DNA of 64,000 nt from Octopus sinensis (lineage: Eukaryota): NCBI RefSeq assembly GCF_006345805.1, contig NC_043017.1, forward strand, positions 11,842,001 through 11,906,000, written 5' to 3'. Of the stretch, positions 25,782 to 40,166 are shown piece by piece. The notes beneath the pieces were generated by a model. It did no database searches and was not told the origin of the DNA. It saw only the letters and a program-made list of their open reading frames with translations. The position numbers and the translations under genes are program-made. Each line of letters opens with the position of its first letter. The first letter of the stretch is position 1.

Positions 25782-26165
25782 CTAGCAGTATCGCCCGGCG
25801 TTGCTCAGGTTTGTAAGGGAAATAACTATAAAGCATTTTTAGAGAGTTATAGCCAAAAAATAGCAAAAAAATGGGAAAAAATGATGGTAAATTTTTTTTG
25901 AGAGTAAAAAAAGGTGGAGTTGCGTCCCCTAGACAGTTTGCGGTTTGTGTTTCTGATTCTCGACCCCATATCGAATTTATCGATTTTTTTCAGAACTGGG
26001 GGAACTTTTCAAAATTTTCGCTGCGTTAGTTTTGAATTATGACATTGGGCTATGTGTGTGTCAAGTTTCATCAGAATCGGTTGAAAGCCGTGGTCAGGGT
26101 GAGGGTACAAGCAAACAGACACACAGAAACACGCACAGACAAACTGCCGTTTATATATAGAGAGA
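25782..26165 (-). mobile_element. Non-autonomous Helitron
   Basis: Minus strand A/TCTCTCTATATATAAAC ... CCTGAGCAACGCCGGGCGATACTGCTAG/T. Its 3' end is shared with 9371-9765. Confidence 0.85.
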
Positions 26166-28075
26166 TGCTGTACTTCATACAAAATCTTCACATCTGTGAG
26201 ATGATGTTGGCAGACAAAACTTGGGCAGGACAAAAGTTTCAGAGCTTTTTTTGAAGGAAATGATTATTGTGGGACATGGTTGGTGAGACACAAGAGAAGT
26301 GACAGATGGCAACAGAACGATAATAGTTAACTTTGCTGGAGATGGTTTGGGATTGGCTAATGGAGAGAAGAGGGCTTTGTAGTATCAATAAAATAGATAG
26401 AGTGAGGAAATGGTTGATTTGTAAGCCAGAGGTTCAAATTTGTTGGTGAAAGATTATTTGCCTATTGGATAGAAAGCCTTCTTTTTCTTGTACTAAGCAT
26501 GTTATACCTGTTTATAACAACTATCCTCCTCCATTGCTATATAGGGAAACTAAATATGTGTGTATGTCTGTGTGTGTTTATGTATACATATAAAACACCA
26601 GCATGGAAAAGGAAAGTTAAATGACGATGATGATGATGATGATGATGTGTGTGTGGGTACATATGTAAATCATCATTTTGACATCTGTCTTTCTGTGCTT
26701 ATTTGGGTTGGATGGAGTTTACTGAAGCAGATTTCCTATGCTCACAGTTACTTCTTGATGCCAACCTCAAGCTAAGGAATATTTCTTCATGGCAAGACAT
26801 GTTCTTGCAAAATAGTGGAAATGAATGGTACTTTTACTCCTTTACACACAGTGGTATTTTGTCTGTCTTTACATTCTAAGTTCAAATTCCACCAAGTTTG
26901 ACTTACCCTTCCATCCTTCTAGGGGCTGATAAATTAAGTACCAGTTGTGTACTGGGGTCGATCTAACCGACTGGCTCCCTCCCCCAAAAAATTTTGGACC
27001 TTGAGCCTAGAGTAGAAAGGAAATTAAATCATAACTTGGTTTGATACCAGTACTTGGTATAAAAGAGGCAGGCTAGAAATATCGGCAGTACACACACGTA
27101 CAAGCCCACATAAATGTGTGTGTGTGTGTGTGTGCTCGTGAATAATATTCATTGATTTAAACTGCACACATGGAACATTGAATTTTCAGCCACCTAAATC
27201 AAAATGACACTAGAGAACATGTTAATATATATAAATAGACCTTTACCTATTTGTCCATTGGTGCTAACCTTCTTTTTTGTTTGTTTGTTTTTGTTTTACT
27301 TTTATAAGAAAGAGGTTATTCAAAATTCTGGTAAAGGTCACAAGAACTCCCGAGCCTTTTCACTTCCTCACAAATGTTTCAAAAGAGTTCATTCTTCAAG
27401 CTGACTGTGCTCTTTGGAAGCGCCATCAATAGGCCATACGCAAAGGCATTCCTCACCACCACCACCACCACCACCACCACCACTACCACCACCATTGTTC
27501 TTTGTTATATTCTGAGAGAGTCATGAAGCCAGAGAAAATAGATTCAATTGACCACTTAGATAGAACTGGTCAAAATGTCATTGACATTTTCTTTTGGTGC
27601 ATAAATCAAAGTGAGAACTCTTCTGCTGTCTGTATTCTTCAGTTGGCACAGAAACATAGATATCAGGTGAGCAAAGAGAAGGAGAGAAAGAAGCATCTAT
27701 TCATGTCTGCTAATTCTGGTTGAAGGAAGTGCATATGTGTGTGTAGGCAAGTGTGAAATGTGTGCACAGTGTGCATACTCGCGTGTGCGTGTGCACGTGT
27801 ATATGTGCACATGTGTGTGCATGTGTATATGTGCACGCGTGTGTGTGTGTGTGCATGTACACCTGTGTGTGTGTGTGCATGTACACCTGTGTGTGTGTGT
27901 GTGTATGTGTATGAGAGAGTATGCACATTCATGTGATGTAAGCTTTGGAAGAGATCATTTGTAATTAATCTAGACAAATTTGCTCATAGATTAATTAGAA
28001 TGTGAACAGTAATATTTTATAAAAGACTGATCTGTCTGTCATTATAGTTTTATGATATACATTCACACACACACA

Positions 28076-28483
28076 TACTCTTTACTCTTTTACTTGTTTC
28101 AGTCATTTGACTGCGGCCATGCTGGAGCACCACCTTTTAGTCGAGCAAATCGACCCCGGGACTTATTCTTTGTAAGCCCAGTACTTATTCTATCGGTCTC
28201 TTTTGCCGAATCACTAAGTGACGGGGATGTAAGCACACCAGCATCGGTTGTCAAGCAATGCTAGGGTGACAAACACAGACACACAAACACACACACATAC
28301 ATATATATATACATATATACGACAGGCTTCTTTCAGTTTCCGTCTACCAAATCCACTCACAAGGCATTGGTCGGCCCGGGGATATAGCAGAAGACACTTG
28401 CCCAAGGTGCCACGCAGTGGGACTGAACCTGGAACCATGTGGTTGGTTAGCAAGCTACTTACCACACAGCCACTCCTGCACCT
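28076..28483 (-). mobile_element. SINE family A, full length
   Basis: Homologous to 6881-7288. Confidence 0.9.
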
Positions 28484-29175
28484 ATATACATGCATATATG
28501 TATAAATTAAGCAAAAAGGGGTTAAGAGAAAAATAACTTACAATAGCCAGTGGTATAGATATGAAAAGCAAAAACAAATACAGGTCTACAAAACTATGTA
28601 ATAATTAATTATGTTTCTGAAGATTGTAATAATTAATTATGTTTCTGAACATTGTTAGGAGTTCAAACTTTACCACAGATGTTACTTTGTCACCTACCTT
28701 ATCACCCCTGGCTGCCCTCTCGTCAACTACACAACTATGTTTGTGTGTGTCAGAATAGTTGACTCACAACTGATTTTCTTCCCACCTCACGACTGAGTGG
28801 CATCCAGTAGGGAAGACATCATCATCATTTGATGTCTTCTATGCTGGCATAGGTTGGACACTTTGACAGGAACCAATGAGCTAGAGGATTAAGCTTGAAT
28901 ACCTTTCCCAATGCCAACCATCCTACAGAGTGTACCTGGTGCTACTTTCAGGGACCTGGGTACATGGTGCTTTTTTTTCTTTTTAGGGAGATCACCAAGA
29001 AAGTCACAAGACAAAATCCCTCAACTAAATGCGGGGGGATTGTATTGAGGGAGGGGCTTTATGTCAGGTGCTGAGAAGTTAAATTATGATCGAGGGACAG
29101 GTACAAGGGTCTTGATGAAGACAGTTGGAAAAAGAGAAAACAAATGGTGACAGTGTACCATCAACTTCAGGTTGG

Positions 29176-29532
29176 TTGGATGGAACTTACACTCACCTCC
29201 TTATGAGAGCTCAAAATCTCTCGTGGAAGCGTCATCCAACCAAAGTACAAATATATGGGAAACTACCACCTGTGTCATCTCTTGTGAAAGGTAGAAGAGT
29301 CCAGTTTGCTGGACATTGTTGTAGAGCTGAAAAAGAAGTAATTTCTACTCTTCTCCCTCTGGAAGCCATCTACTCGCAATACCAGAGGGCGCACACTCTC
29401 CTACACTGATGTAATCTCCAGGGATACAGGCATCCAGCAACAGGACCTCCGTAATGCTATGATGGACCATGAAGTCTGGCATAATATACTAAATTCCATT
29501 GTCTCGACCACAGTCAAACAATGATGATGATC
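29176..29532 (+). mobile_element. RTE-group (RTEX-like) LINE 3' fragment
   Basis: LDGTYTHLLMRAQNLSWKRH...RRVQFAGHCCR, then after a frameshift LWKP...RGRTLSYTDVISRDTG. Ends in a (GAT)n tail. Confidence 0.85.
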
Positions 29533-29764
29533 AGGTTGAACATAGGTCAGAGAATAGGGACAAAGGATTTATTGAAGTACGAAACTCTTTGGCTCTAAAT
29601 TCAAAACAATTACAAGTGAAATGTTCAATTAAAACAAAACTAAGGGAATTGGTATGTGGTTCCACAATACTTGGCTTATTAGGAAACGGTAGCCAAGTCT
29701 CCCACAAATCCTACACTGAAACAGAAAGAACATACTGGACAATGTAGTCTAAAATATACGTTGT

Positions 29765-29991
29765 TTAAACCTTTTGTATTTAAACTGGCCATATCCGGCC
29801 AAGATATTTAATCTGTTTTATGTCCAAACTGACCAGATCCAGGCTCTCACACCTACCCTACAATGTTATTCTACATTAGGTAATCACACCATCAAGATCT
29901 TGAAGATATGAGATAATGCATGATTAATTCAAATCAATGTGAATCAATAAGCATTATGTTTGATAGAATAATCAGAACACTAAAGGGTTAA
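29765..29991. mobile_element. piggyBac-type MITE, older copy
   Basis: TTAA at both ends and right TIR AACACTAAAGGG. Homologous to 45304-45530. Confidence 0.75.
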
Positions 29992-30906
29992 GAAAACTAT
30001 AGCAACTAAAATACGTTTCCTTATAGGTGTGTTTCTCAATCAGGACCAGCCTGGGGCTAAACAGAAAACACAACAAGAAGCAAATTAAGGACTTGGACTC
30101 ACCACAAGTTTACCTTCGATGGGACACTGATCACCAAGTTCAATATATTACCAATACTTAATAATCATGTCTGTAACTGCATTGGCATCTTTAATATAAC
30201 TGATGATTGATGTGATAGCAAATGTGGTAACAATATATATATATACATATGCGTGTGTGTGTATGTGTGTGTGTGTGTGTCTGTGTGTGTGTTTAGTCAG
30301 TGTATAGCTTTCTCTGTTTCTAAATGATTGTCTAATAGGTGAATAAGTTAGCTTCATATGCATAAACACAATGCCCAGTAACAGTATATATATAACTAAG
30401 AAAAGCAAGTGTACGGGTATATATACACAAGTATATAATAAAATATATGTATGCTTAGAGAGCTATTTGAATGCCAGACAAATACCCATCTATATGTATG
30501 ACAGTAATAACAGAGTCGACTTCTGTGTGGTTATTTATAAAGATGACACATCTATGTAAATGTGCTAAGCATCAATAAATGGATGGGCACATCTATATGT
30601 TTAAAACACTGAATTCATGTCAAATGACCATCTTCCCTCAGAAGACTGCACTCAAAATCCAAACTAATTCCGCTGCTTATTTTGTCTCCTTCATTTGATA
30701 TTCATGTAATACATAAATTTATCATAATAGAAATGAATATATACATAACTGCATACGCAATAAGTGTACTTATTGGGAGTATGAATCAATACACACATGC
30801 ACACATACACACATACACACACACACACATATACATATAGGGAGATGTAGACACATGTATAATATATACAAGTTACAATGTACGAAGATACACAGATATG
30901 TTGATA

Positions 30907-30989
<83 letters not shown>

Positions 30990-31154
30990 CATATATATAT
31001 ATACATATATATATATACATACATATATACATATATAATATATATATACATATATATATATATATACATATATATATACATATACATATATAATATATAC
31101 ATATATATATATATATACTATATATATATATATACACACACACACACAACACAC

Positions 31155-31240
<86 letters not shown>

Positions 31241-31466
31241 TTCAAATGTACAAAGAACAAGAAAGCAGAAGACAGAGACAGGTCAGGGAAGAAGAAACAA
31301 GGTGGATCAGTTTGATGCTCAGGAAAAATGGAAAAGTCTTAAAGATTTCGAAGCAACACTCTTCTACTGAGAGGAACAAGGAAAGAAAAAGGAAAGAGAC
31401 AAAAAAAAATGCCTGGCTTAATGGTTTTACGTGTCAAATATATATATATGTGTATGTATATATATA

Positions 31467-31625
31467 TCACATGATCATGTGACCGACCAGACCATCAGAT
31501 GTTGCTACACATCACTGGTCACAATGCGTCGCATTGCTTTAGCCTTCGAATGATGCCGCCCCGCTGGCTAAACGAGCAGGCCAACAGACGAAAGAGTGGT
31601 GAAAGAGTACAGCAGGGATCACCAT
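31467..31625 (-). mobile_element. Repeat family E
   Basis: Homologous to 24020-24160. Begins with GGTGATCCCTGCTGTACTCTTTCACCAC, which is shared with SINE family C. Confidence 0.8.
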
Positions 31626-32089
31626 ATATATATGTGCATGCACTCACACATATATTTTTTTGGGGTGTAAATATGACTTTGTGGTTACGAAGTTTACCTC
31701 AAGTACATAGTTTCAGATTCAACACACTGTTTGCCACCTGAAGCAAGTGTCTGCTATAAGAACATCAGGTCAGGCCAGGCCTTGTGAGGAAATCTGAGAG
31801 ATACAAACACTGTGAAAGCTTGTCATACATATCAATATATATATATATATATAGCATGGCTATTCGTACACATGCGTCATACAGTCTACCTTATATTCTG
31901 AGCGAGAAGCCCTTTGTCACCCGCAGAGGTAGGAGCTCTCGGAACTTTACCTAGGCTATTCTTATTCTAGCAGCTACACTTTCAGAGCACCCACCCCTGC
32001 AACTGACTTGGTCACCTAGGTAATGGAAGCTATCAACTACTTCTAATTTTTCTCCCTGGAATGTGGCAGAAGTTGTTCTCTGCACATTT

Positions 32090-32300
32090 TCAGTGTTTAT
32101 TGCTCCTGAGCATTTGCCACGTACAAAAACTATCTTCCCAGTTAACTTTCCTTTGATATTGCTGCACTTCTTATGTGTCTATAGCTTACACTGGGTACAT
32201 CTTATAGAAGTTCTACCTACGCCTTTTCTCCAGATCAAGCAGGACCATCTACCTGAAGAGATTTGTGATTTCTTTGCCTTCCTACTTATTAGGACTTTAG
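32090..32300 (-). mobile_element. LINE relic with Cys/His cluster
   Basis: SGRWSCLIWRKGVGRTSIRCTQCKL*THKKCSNIKGKL resembles the C..CRKGVG.NSI.C..C..W.HK.CS segment of RTE-like LINE ORFs. Confidence 0.65.
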
Positions 32301-32400
32301 ATCAAACTGGAGCTTGGTGCAGCCTCTTGGCTTCCCAGACCCCGGTCGAACCGTCCAACCCATGCTAGCATGGAAAACAGACGTTAAACGATGATGATGA

Positions 32401-32437
<37 letters not shown>

Positions 32438-33098
32438 TATATTATAAACACATACAGACATGTATATATTCATGCATATATTAATATGGATGTCCTATCT
32501 CAAGATAAAATACCTACATACAAAAATCTAGACTCTAATTTTGATATTCAATATAAATATGTGTATTGAATTATATAAATATATTAGAGTGTAATGAGAA
32601 GGGCAGGAATATGCATACTGTTGAGCATACATATGCATAGGTTGTTGCATTATCCATATATATATATATACATATCTAAGTCAGTGTTTGTAATGATCTG
32701 TATTCATTACATTAAATACATGAAATGTGTACATACACACACACACACACTGTCTGAGCCTCTCCCTCAAAAAACAAAGTTACATTTTCTTTCTCTTTCC
32801 CTCTCATGAATACATATATAAATTTTCATACTGCCTTATACACACGCACACATACACATGTGCGCACCTACACACACATGCGCGTGCGCACACACACATG
32901 CAGAGACAAACTTAGTACATCGTTCTCTATCTCTCTCTCTTTCTTCAGAGGATGAAGGCTATATTTTCAGACACATACACACATGCATGCACACACACAC
33001 ACACACCACACAATAAAGAAATGTTATGATACATCTGCCTTATATTGAAGAGAGAGAGAATAAGAACACAAACCTATGTCTATATATATATATATTAT

Positions 33099-33251
33099 AG
33101 GGGCTTAGTAAAATACCTGTGTGAGTTGGTTTGAGCAAACACTATCTGAGAGAGATTTTCTTTAAGTATTAGAAATAGCTAAAGAAATTTCTTTAGCTGC
33201 TATTTCCAATGAGTTCAGTATGTGGCAGAGTAATTTATTTTACTAAGCCCT
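33099..33251. mobile_element. Tc1/mariner-type MITE
   Basis: Perfect 16-bp TIRs AGGGCTTAGTAAAATA (33099-33114) and TATTTTACTAAGCCCT (33236-33251) in TA-rich flanks. Confidence 0.75.
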
Positions 33252-33354
33252 TATATATAATGTAATATTTTGAATTTGCCTAAAATGGTCCCTTTACATA
33301 CTGAATACTTGGTGAAATTGATTAATAATTAATTAATTTTACCCTCAATTGTTG

Positions 33355-33410
<56 letters not shown>

Positions 33411-34078
33411 TCTATGTATGTATGTATGGATGTATGTATGTATGTACGTACATATGTATGTATATATGTGTGTGTGTCCTTGGGTAGAAGACATAATCTC
33501 CTGTCCAGTTTATTATCATCATTTGACCCTGCCTTGTGAGTTGATTTGGTAAACAGAAACTGAAAGTAACCCATTGTATATATGCTATGTATAGATGCAT
33601 ATGTGCATGTGTGTGTGTCTTGTTTTGATACTGTGTGATAGTTGTAAATGAGTGTCATTGTTATACAAGTGGTGTCGTTCATCTCCAATCTTCTGTGGAG
33701 GCATGTCTGGCCACTGGAGAAATATTTCGAAATAGGTGAAGGTTGATGACAGGGAGGGCTTCTGATTGTAGAAAATCTGCTTTAGATTTCGTCTGGATTT
33801 TCTGAATCAAGCAAACCACCTGCATTGACCATACAATTGGATGTTGTTGTACATCACTGGTCACAATGCACTTCCAATTCTTTCTTGATTGCATCCTTCT
33901 TTACCTTTTTGGCCCAAACCATTATTGAACTAAACTGTCTTCCCATTGCTGTGGAGGTCTTCTGAGAGGCCTTTCCAAACTCTTGGACACCACTCAGCAA
34001 CTGTATACATGTGTGTGTATGTGTGTGTGTGTGTGTGTGTGTTGGTGTGTTGTGTGTGTGTGTTGTGTGTGTGTGTGT

Positions 34079-34117
<39 letters not shown>

Positions 34118-34711
34118 CAGTATTTCTAGCTTTCAAATTGTTGTAGCAACTACACTATTTGATGTGTGGTTCTTTTTTAAAACCAGAAGGGAAATTTAGT
34201 TACTATTTCTAGCTACCACATACAGGCTTACCATTTGGCTTGTATCAGTCATACGTGCATTAAGATGTCGTTTGCTGGGTATCTTCTTCATAGAAAACTC
34301 ACTGTCATATGTTTGTGAATGAGTGTGTGTGTGTAAGTGCATGTATGTATGCATGCATGTATGCTTGTGTGTTTATGGATGCTATTGTATGACTGCATGT
34401 GTACGTATGATTGTATGCATGCGATTGTGTGTCTGTTTATTCGATTCTTCTCTCGATATATGAAGAGGATACATGAAAGTAACTTCTCAAATTTTCCAGA
34501 AGAATTAAAGTCATATTTCAAAGAATTATCCATTTTCAATACAAAGTAGTTTTGTATGTGTGTGTGCGTGTGTGTGTGGTGTGTGTGTCTCAAAAACATT
34601 TATATAGGACTGCGAGAGAGTGTGTCTCTATATATATATATATGTATATATATTGTATATATATGTGTGTATATATATGTGTATATATATGTATATATAT
34701 ATATATGTATA

Positions 34712-34742
<31 letters not shown>

Positions 34743-34847
34743 GTGTGTGTATATATATATATATATATATAATATATATGTACATATATATATATATGTA
34801 TATAATATGTATATATATATATATGTATTTATATATGTATATATATA

Positions 34848-34880
<33 letters not shown>

Positions 34881-36157
34881 TCATACACAAGATACTTAGA
34901 TATGTCATTTATTTTAATAGGTCCATTTATTTCTATGTGCATGTGTTTGCATAAGTATGCACGCATACTGATGCTGGGTGTATATTTTGTGAATATCTAT
35001 ATTTCTATACACGTATGTGTGTGTGTGTGTGTGCGTGTGTGTGCTGTATGTGCATGTGTATCTATGTAATGTATGTATGTATGTGTGCATGGGCTTTCCT
35101 TTTGTGTGGAGGAAATGTGATTGTATGCAAGGAGAAACAAGTAATTTGTGTTTGTGTGAATTATTTTTGTGATTAAGTGTAGATGAGCGACGTGTGTGTG
35201 TGTGTGTGTGTTTAAATGTGTGATAGAAAGGAAAACGATCATCTAGTGTGTTGGCCATTAAGAGAAGGAAGCGGAGTGGATCAATAAAGTCTAAAGCAGG
35301 TGAGAAAGAGCCAGGAAGGAAACAAAAGACAATGAAGAAAAAAGACCCTTGCACTGATACACGCACTCACATAGATGTACAGAGGGTTTGATAGACAGGT
35401 ATACAATTAGATAGATTGATAGATAGATAAAGAGAGAGAGAGAGACAGATAGGTAGACAGACAGACAGGCGGACAGATAGATGGATAAAGAAAGAGACAG
35501 AGAGAAGGAAGAAATCAATATAGGAAATCTATGAATTGTATAGAAGAACATTTATTTTTTCAGATGGTTTCAGATCATTCTTTTAAAGATTTATTTCAAA
35601 AGAATTTGTGATATTTTGATTAAATTTGTTTATTTTATTATCATTAAAAAAAATTTTGTGTTATCTTCTATTGAAAATTTAACAATAAAATATATTTCAA
35701 TATGTTCTGGGTATACATTAATATGTGTACATATGTGTGTGTATGAATGTGTGTGCAAATATATATTTTTTTATACATCTACATTTGTGTGTGTGTACAT
35801 CTTTTTTAAAAAATCCTTTGTCAAAAACTTGACAATAAAATACATTTGTGTGTTTTCTATGTGTGCTGTATACTATTTGTGAGTGTGCACATGCGTGAGT
35901 TTACAGTTCATTTTACATATATATATATATATATATACATTTCAAAGGACCATATTTGCAAGTGTAATTTAAACTTTACCAACACCCATATTGCACACAG
36001 GGGACGGATTATACAATGCATGCAGAAGTTAGTAATAAAGATCACATACACACATATACAAGTACACACTCATATATGCAAAATGTGTATGTGTGAGAGA
36101 GAGAGAGAGAGAGAAAAGAAAGTGTTCACTACATGAAATAAAGTTTCTTTATATATA

Positions 36158-36389
36158 AGGCGGTGAGCTGGCAGAAATGTTAGCACACCGGACGAAATGC
36201 GTAGCCGTATTTCATCAGCCGTTACATTCTGGGTTCAAATTTCGGCGAGGTCGACTTTGCCTTTCATCCTTTCGAGGTCGATAAATTAAGTACCAGTTAC
36301 GCACTGGGGTCGATGTAATCGACTTAATTCGTTTGTCTGTCCTTGTTTGTCCCCTCTATGTTTAGCCCCTTGTGGTTAATAAAGAAACA
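36158..36389 (+). mobile_element. SINE family B
   Basis: Homologous to 8137-8367. Confidence 0.88.
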
Positions 36390-36571
36390 TATTTAATGTT
36401 GTAACTGCACTTCATGAGAACAGGAAACTTTGAGTATGGACGAAGAGCAAAGCTTCAGCTTAGAATAAACGAAGAGATACATACATATATTATCTCTCTT
36501 TCACTCTCTCTCTCTCACTTATTTTCTTTCTGTGTGTGTGTATGTGTGTGTGACAGATTTATAAGATCATT

Positions 36572-36975
36572 AGGCGCAGGAGTGGCTGTGTGGCAAGTAG
36601 CTTGCTAACCAGCCACATGGTTCCAGGTTCAGTCCCACTGCGTGGCATCTTGGGCAAGTGTCTTCTGCTATAGCCCCGGGCCGACTAATGCCTTGTGAGT
36701 GGATTTGGTAGACGGAAACTGAAAGAAGCCTATCGTATATATGTATATATATATGTGTGTGTGTGTGTTTGTGTGTCTGTGTTTGTCACCCTAGCATTGC
36801 TTGACAACCAATGCTGGTGTGTTTACGTCCCTGTCACTTAGCGGTTCGGCAAAAGAGACCGATAGAATAAGTACTGGGCTTACAAAGAATAAGTCCTGGG
36901 GTCGATTTGCTCAACTAAAGGTGGTGCTCCAGCATGGCCGCAGTCAAATGACTGAAACAAGTAAAAGAGTAAAAG
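36572..36975 (+). mobile_element. SINE family A, full length
   Basis: AGGCGCAGGAGTGGCTGTGTGG ... GAAACAAGTAAAAGAGTAAAAG. Confidence 0.9.
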
Positions 36976-39900
36976 TTTTATGCATTTGGTAATGCCATTT
37001 GCATCCTGAGTTCAAGTCCTGAGAGACAAAGTTACTCCCAGTAGATTTCATTTCGGATCTCCCCAAATTGTGCTTTCCATAGATCAAGCGAAAATACATT
37101 CCGAAGGATTTCTCAATTTCTATGAATAAATAGATACATATCTTTTTTATATTTTTTTTTTTTATTTTACTTGTTTCAGTCATTAGACTCTGGCCATGCT
37201 GGGGCACTGCCTTGCAGAATTTTTAGTTGAATGAATTGACACCAAGAGCTCGTGTTTTGAAGCCTGGTACTTATTCTGTTGATCTCTTTTGATGAACTGT
37301 TTAGTTACGGGGGACGTAAGCACACCAATGCTGGTTGTCAAGTAGTGGTAGGGGACAAACAAACACACACACACACATACATGTATATATGATGGGCTGC
37401 TTTCCATACTAAATCCACTAAATCCACTCAAAAAGGCTTCACCCAAAGAGCCACAAGTAGGACTGAACCTGGAACCATATGGTTGGGAAGCAAATCTCTT
37501 ACCACGTAGCCATACTTGTGCCTATATAGTGATAGATACTAGATATATTAAACCTTTGATTAGATCTATGGAGGTGTGTTGCATTTAATGTACATCTAAA
37601 TCCTATACCAAATACGCTTGTATCACTTCCTTTTATCATCCAATCAAGTTCTGTGGAGGCATTTTAACAAAAAAAGAATCAGCAAGTCCCAGATAGCCCT
37701 CTTCTTTATTTCATCCTGTTCAAACCTTAATTCATTCCAAATGGGGGTAAATCAAAAGCAAGCATTGAACAGAAACAGAGCTTGTCCCAGGATTGTCTTT
37801 TAATTTGTTTTGTCTTTTTTTTTGGTTTCAGTCATTGGACAGTGGCCATGCTGGGGCACCACTTTGAAAGGTTTAGTTTAACAAATCGATTTCAGTATCC
37901 TTAGTTTTTAGGTTTGGGACCTTTTTCTATTTGTTGCTTTTGCGAAAGCTTGAAGTTTCAGGGATGTTAACAAACCAACACCGATTGTCATGTGATCGGG
38001 GATGGAGGACAAAATCAAACACAATGACCTAAACACACACACACACACACATACAACACGCACATATGTTATGTACATAGACACTCTATAGACACACATG
38101 ACAGCTTCTACACAGTTTCTGTCTTCGAAATGCATTTGTCAGTCCAGTACAAGAGTAGAAGACACTTGCCCAAAGTGTTGAGCAGTGGGACTGAACCTGA
38201 GACCATGTGGGTGTGGAGCGAATGCCTTAACACACACACACACACTTTTTCAATAACCATTCCTCATTGCTCTCTACTTTGAGGTAAAATATTTTGTTGT
38301 TTGGATATCTTGTATTCATGAATATTCTATTACCCAAAGTAACTGGCACACAGAAGAATATTTTAGTACACAAAACTGTACAAAATGGACATTTTAATAT
38401 ATCTAATCAATTATATTTTCAATTTTGTTTCTTAATTCTGTTAATTTTCTTTGATATAAGTTGAATTCCATTGTTGGATTTTCTTTTTCTCTTTCTTTTT
38501 TGTTTGTCACTAGAAATTTAGCAAATGTCAAAATTGTTTTTACATTTAAAATTGAATAGAGCCAAATATTTTAAAGCAGGAAACATTTTTTAAAAAAAAA
38601 TTTTTTCAAAGATAATTATCTACACTTAGATATATATTTTTTAAAAAAAACTTTAAAATAATCACCTCACACTTGTTAAATAAACAATTTTAAATACTTC
38701 CCCTATCTCACTCCCAACAAATGTTAATTAAGAAAAATAAATTTAAAAGTACGCATCTCATAAAGTATGCTTGAGTTTTTAAATGATTCCCAAGTGTAAA
38801 CAGCATTTTGTATATTTTCTTTGTTGTATATTGTATATTTTCTTTTTTTCTTTTTAACTTTGCAGTGTGATAATGTTTGTGACCTCGTTATAAAATACAC
38901 AAAAAATGCAATGAAAATATTTTTGACACATCACAAAATACAAGCATAATATAACAGTAATTGTGTGCTTTTGAAAACTTATCTTGCTTCCTCTATCTGA
39001 TCTGATGTGTGTGTGTGTGTAAATGTGAGGGGCTAAGCAAAGGAGCCTCTATGTAGTTGCTCAGCTTGCTAGAAAGATCAACCAAATCCTGGCATGTCAC
39101 ACCCTACTGTCTTAAATAATGGAAGGGGAGATAGCTACAACTATGATATACTTTTGGTTTGTATTATAGTTGGCTAAACATTAACTTTATATATCATACC
39201 TTCCATTTTCACGTTAATTAGGAATAATATCAATCAGGACAAAATTGTAGATTGCCCTTTTTTTTTTCTTCTTCTTCCAAGTTGTGCAATGATCATTAGT
39301 AAGTTACTAAAAAGGTATGAATTTCTTTGTTTGAGTAAAAAAAAAATTATTTGAAAAAAATTATTAACATTAATAGTTATGTAAACATTTCAAAATGTGT
39401 TTCTGCAAAATTTTGTTAAAAATGTTATTTACATAGTTTAGGAACCTGTGAGGAAACAAAGTTGAGACAGGATATTAAACTACAGATATTCCAAAATTAT
39501 TTCACCTCTCATTTTCTATAAGCATTAATATTTCAAAACTATAATGTGGCAAGCTAGCAGAATTGTTACCATGCTGGGCAAAATGTTTAGCAGCGGTTCA
39601 TCTATCTTTGTGTTGTGAGTTCAAATTCCACTGAAGTCGACTTTGCCTTTTATCCTTCTTGAGTTAATAAACTAAATACCAGTTAAGTATTTGACCACTC
39701 TCAAATGCTGTTGAAATAATCAATTGTACTCCTTTCAAAATGTGTAACTTTGTGGCTATATGAAAAAACAAAATACCAATATTGATGGTATTTAGATAGA
39801 TTTACACCTCCACTGCTGGGGACCATGGCAATATTTTGGTGGATTGAGAGACTTTAGAATAGGGCATCTGAAGTTTGTAACAAGTGAATCAAAAACTCAC

Positions 39901-40166
39901 AATAAAGTTTAAATCATAACTACTTTTGAAGATATATGAGGGTTTTTTTCCCAACCTTCTGTTTTAATATATATATATATTTTTGCTTGAAAAATTAAGA
40001 TATTTTCGTAGCATGAAACCAATGGTAGCCTTAGTAAACAAATAAAGTGTTGTGTGTGTATGTATGTGTGTGTGTGTATATATATATATATTGAAATAGG
40101 AGAATGGAAAAATTTTTAGTATTTAATCATCGTTTACATATTTGTATATATATATATATATATATA

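Noticed and set aside
26065-26074. CTGATGAAAC on the minus strand
   Set aside because: There is no stem II between the core elements, and it is part of the Helitron body.
27502-27667. Unique ORF ending at CAG/GTGAG
   Set aside because: No recognisable homology and no clear acceptor or start support.
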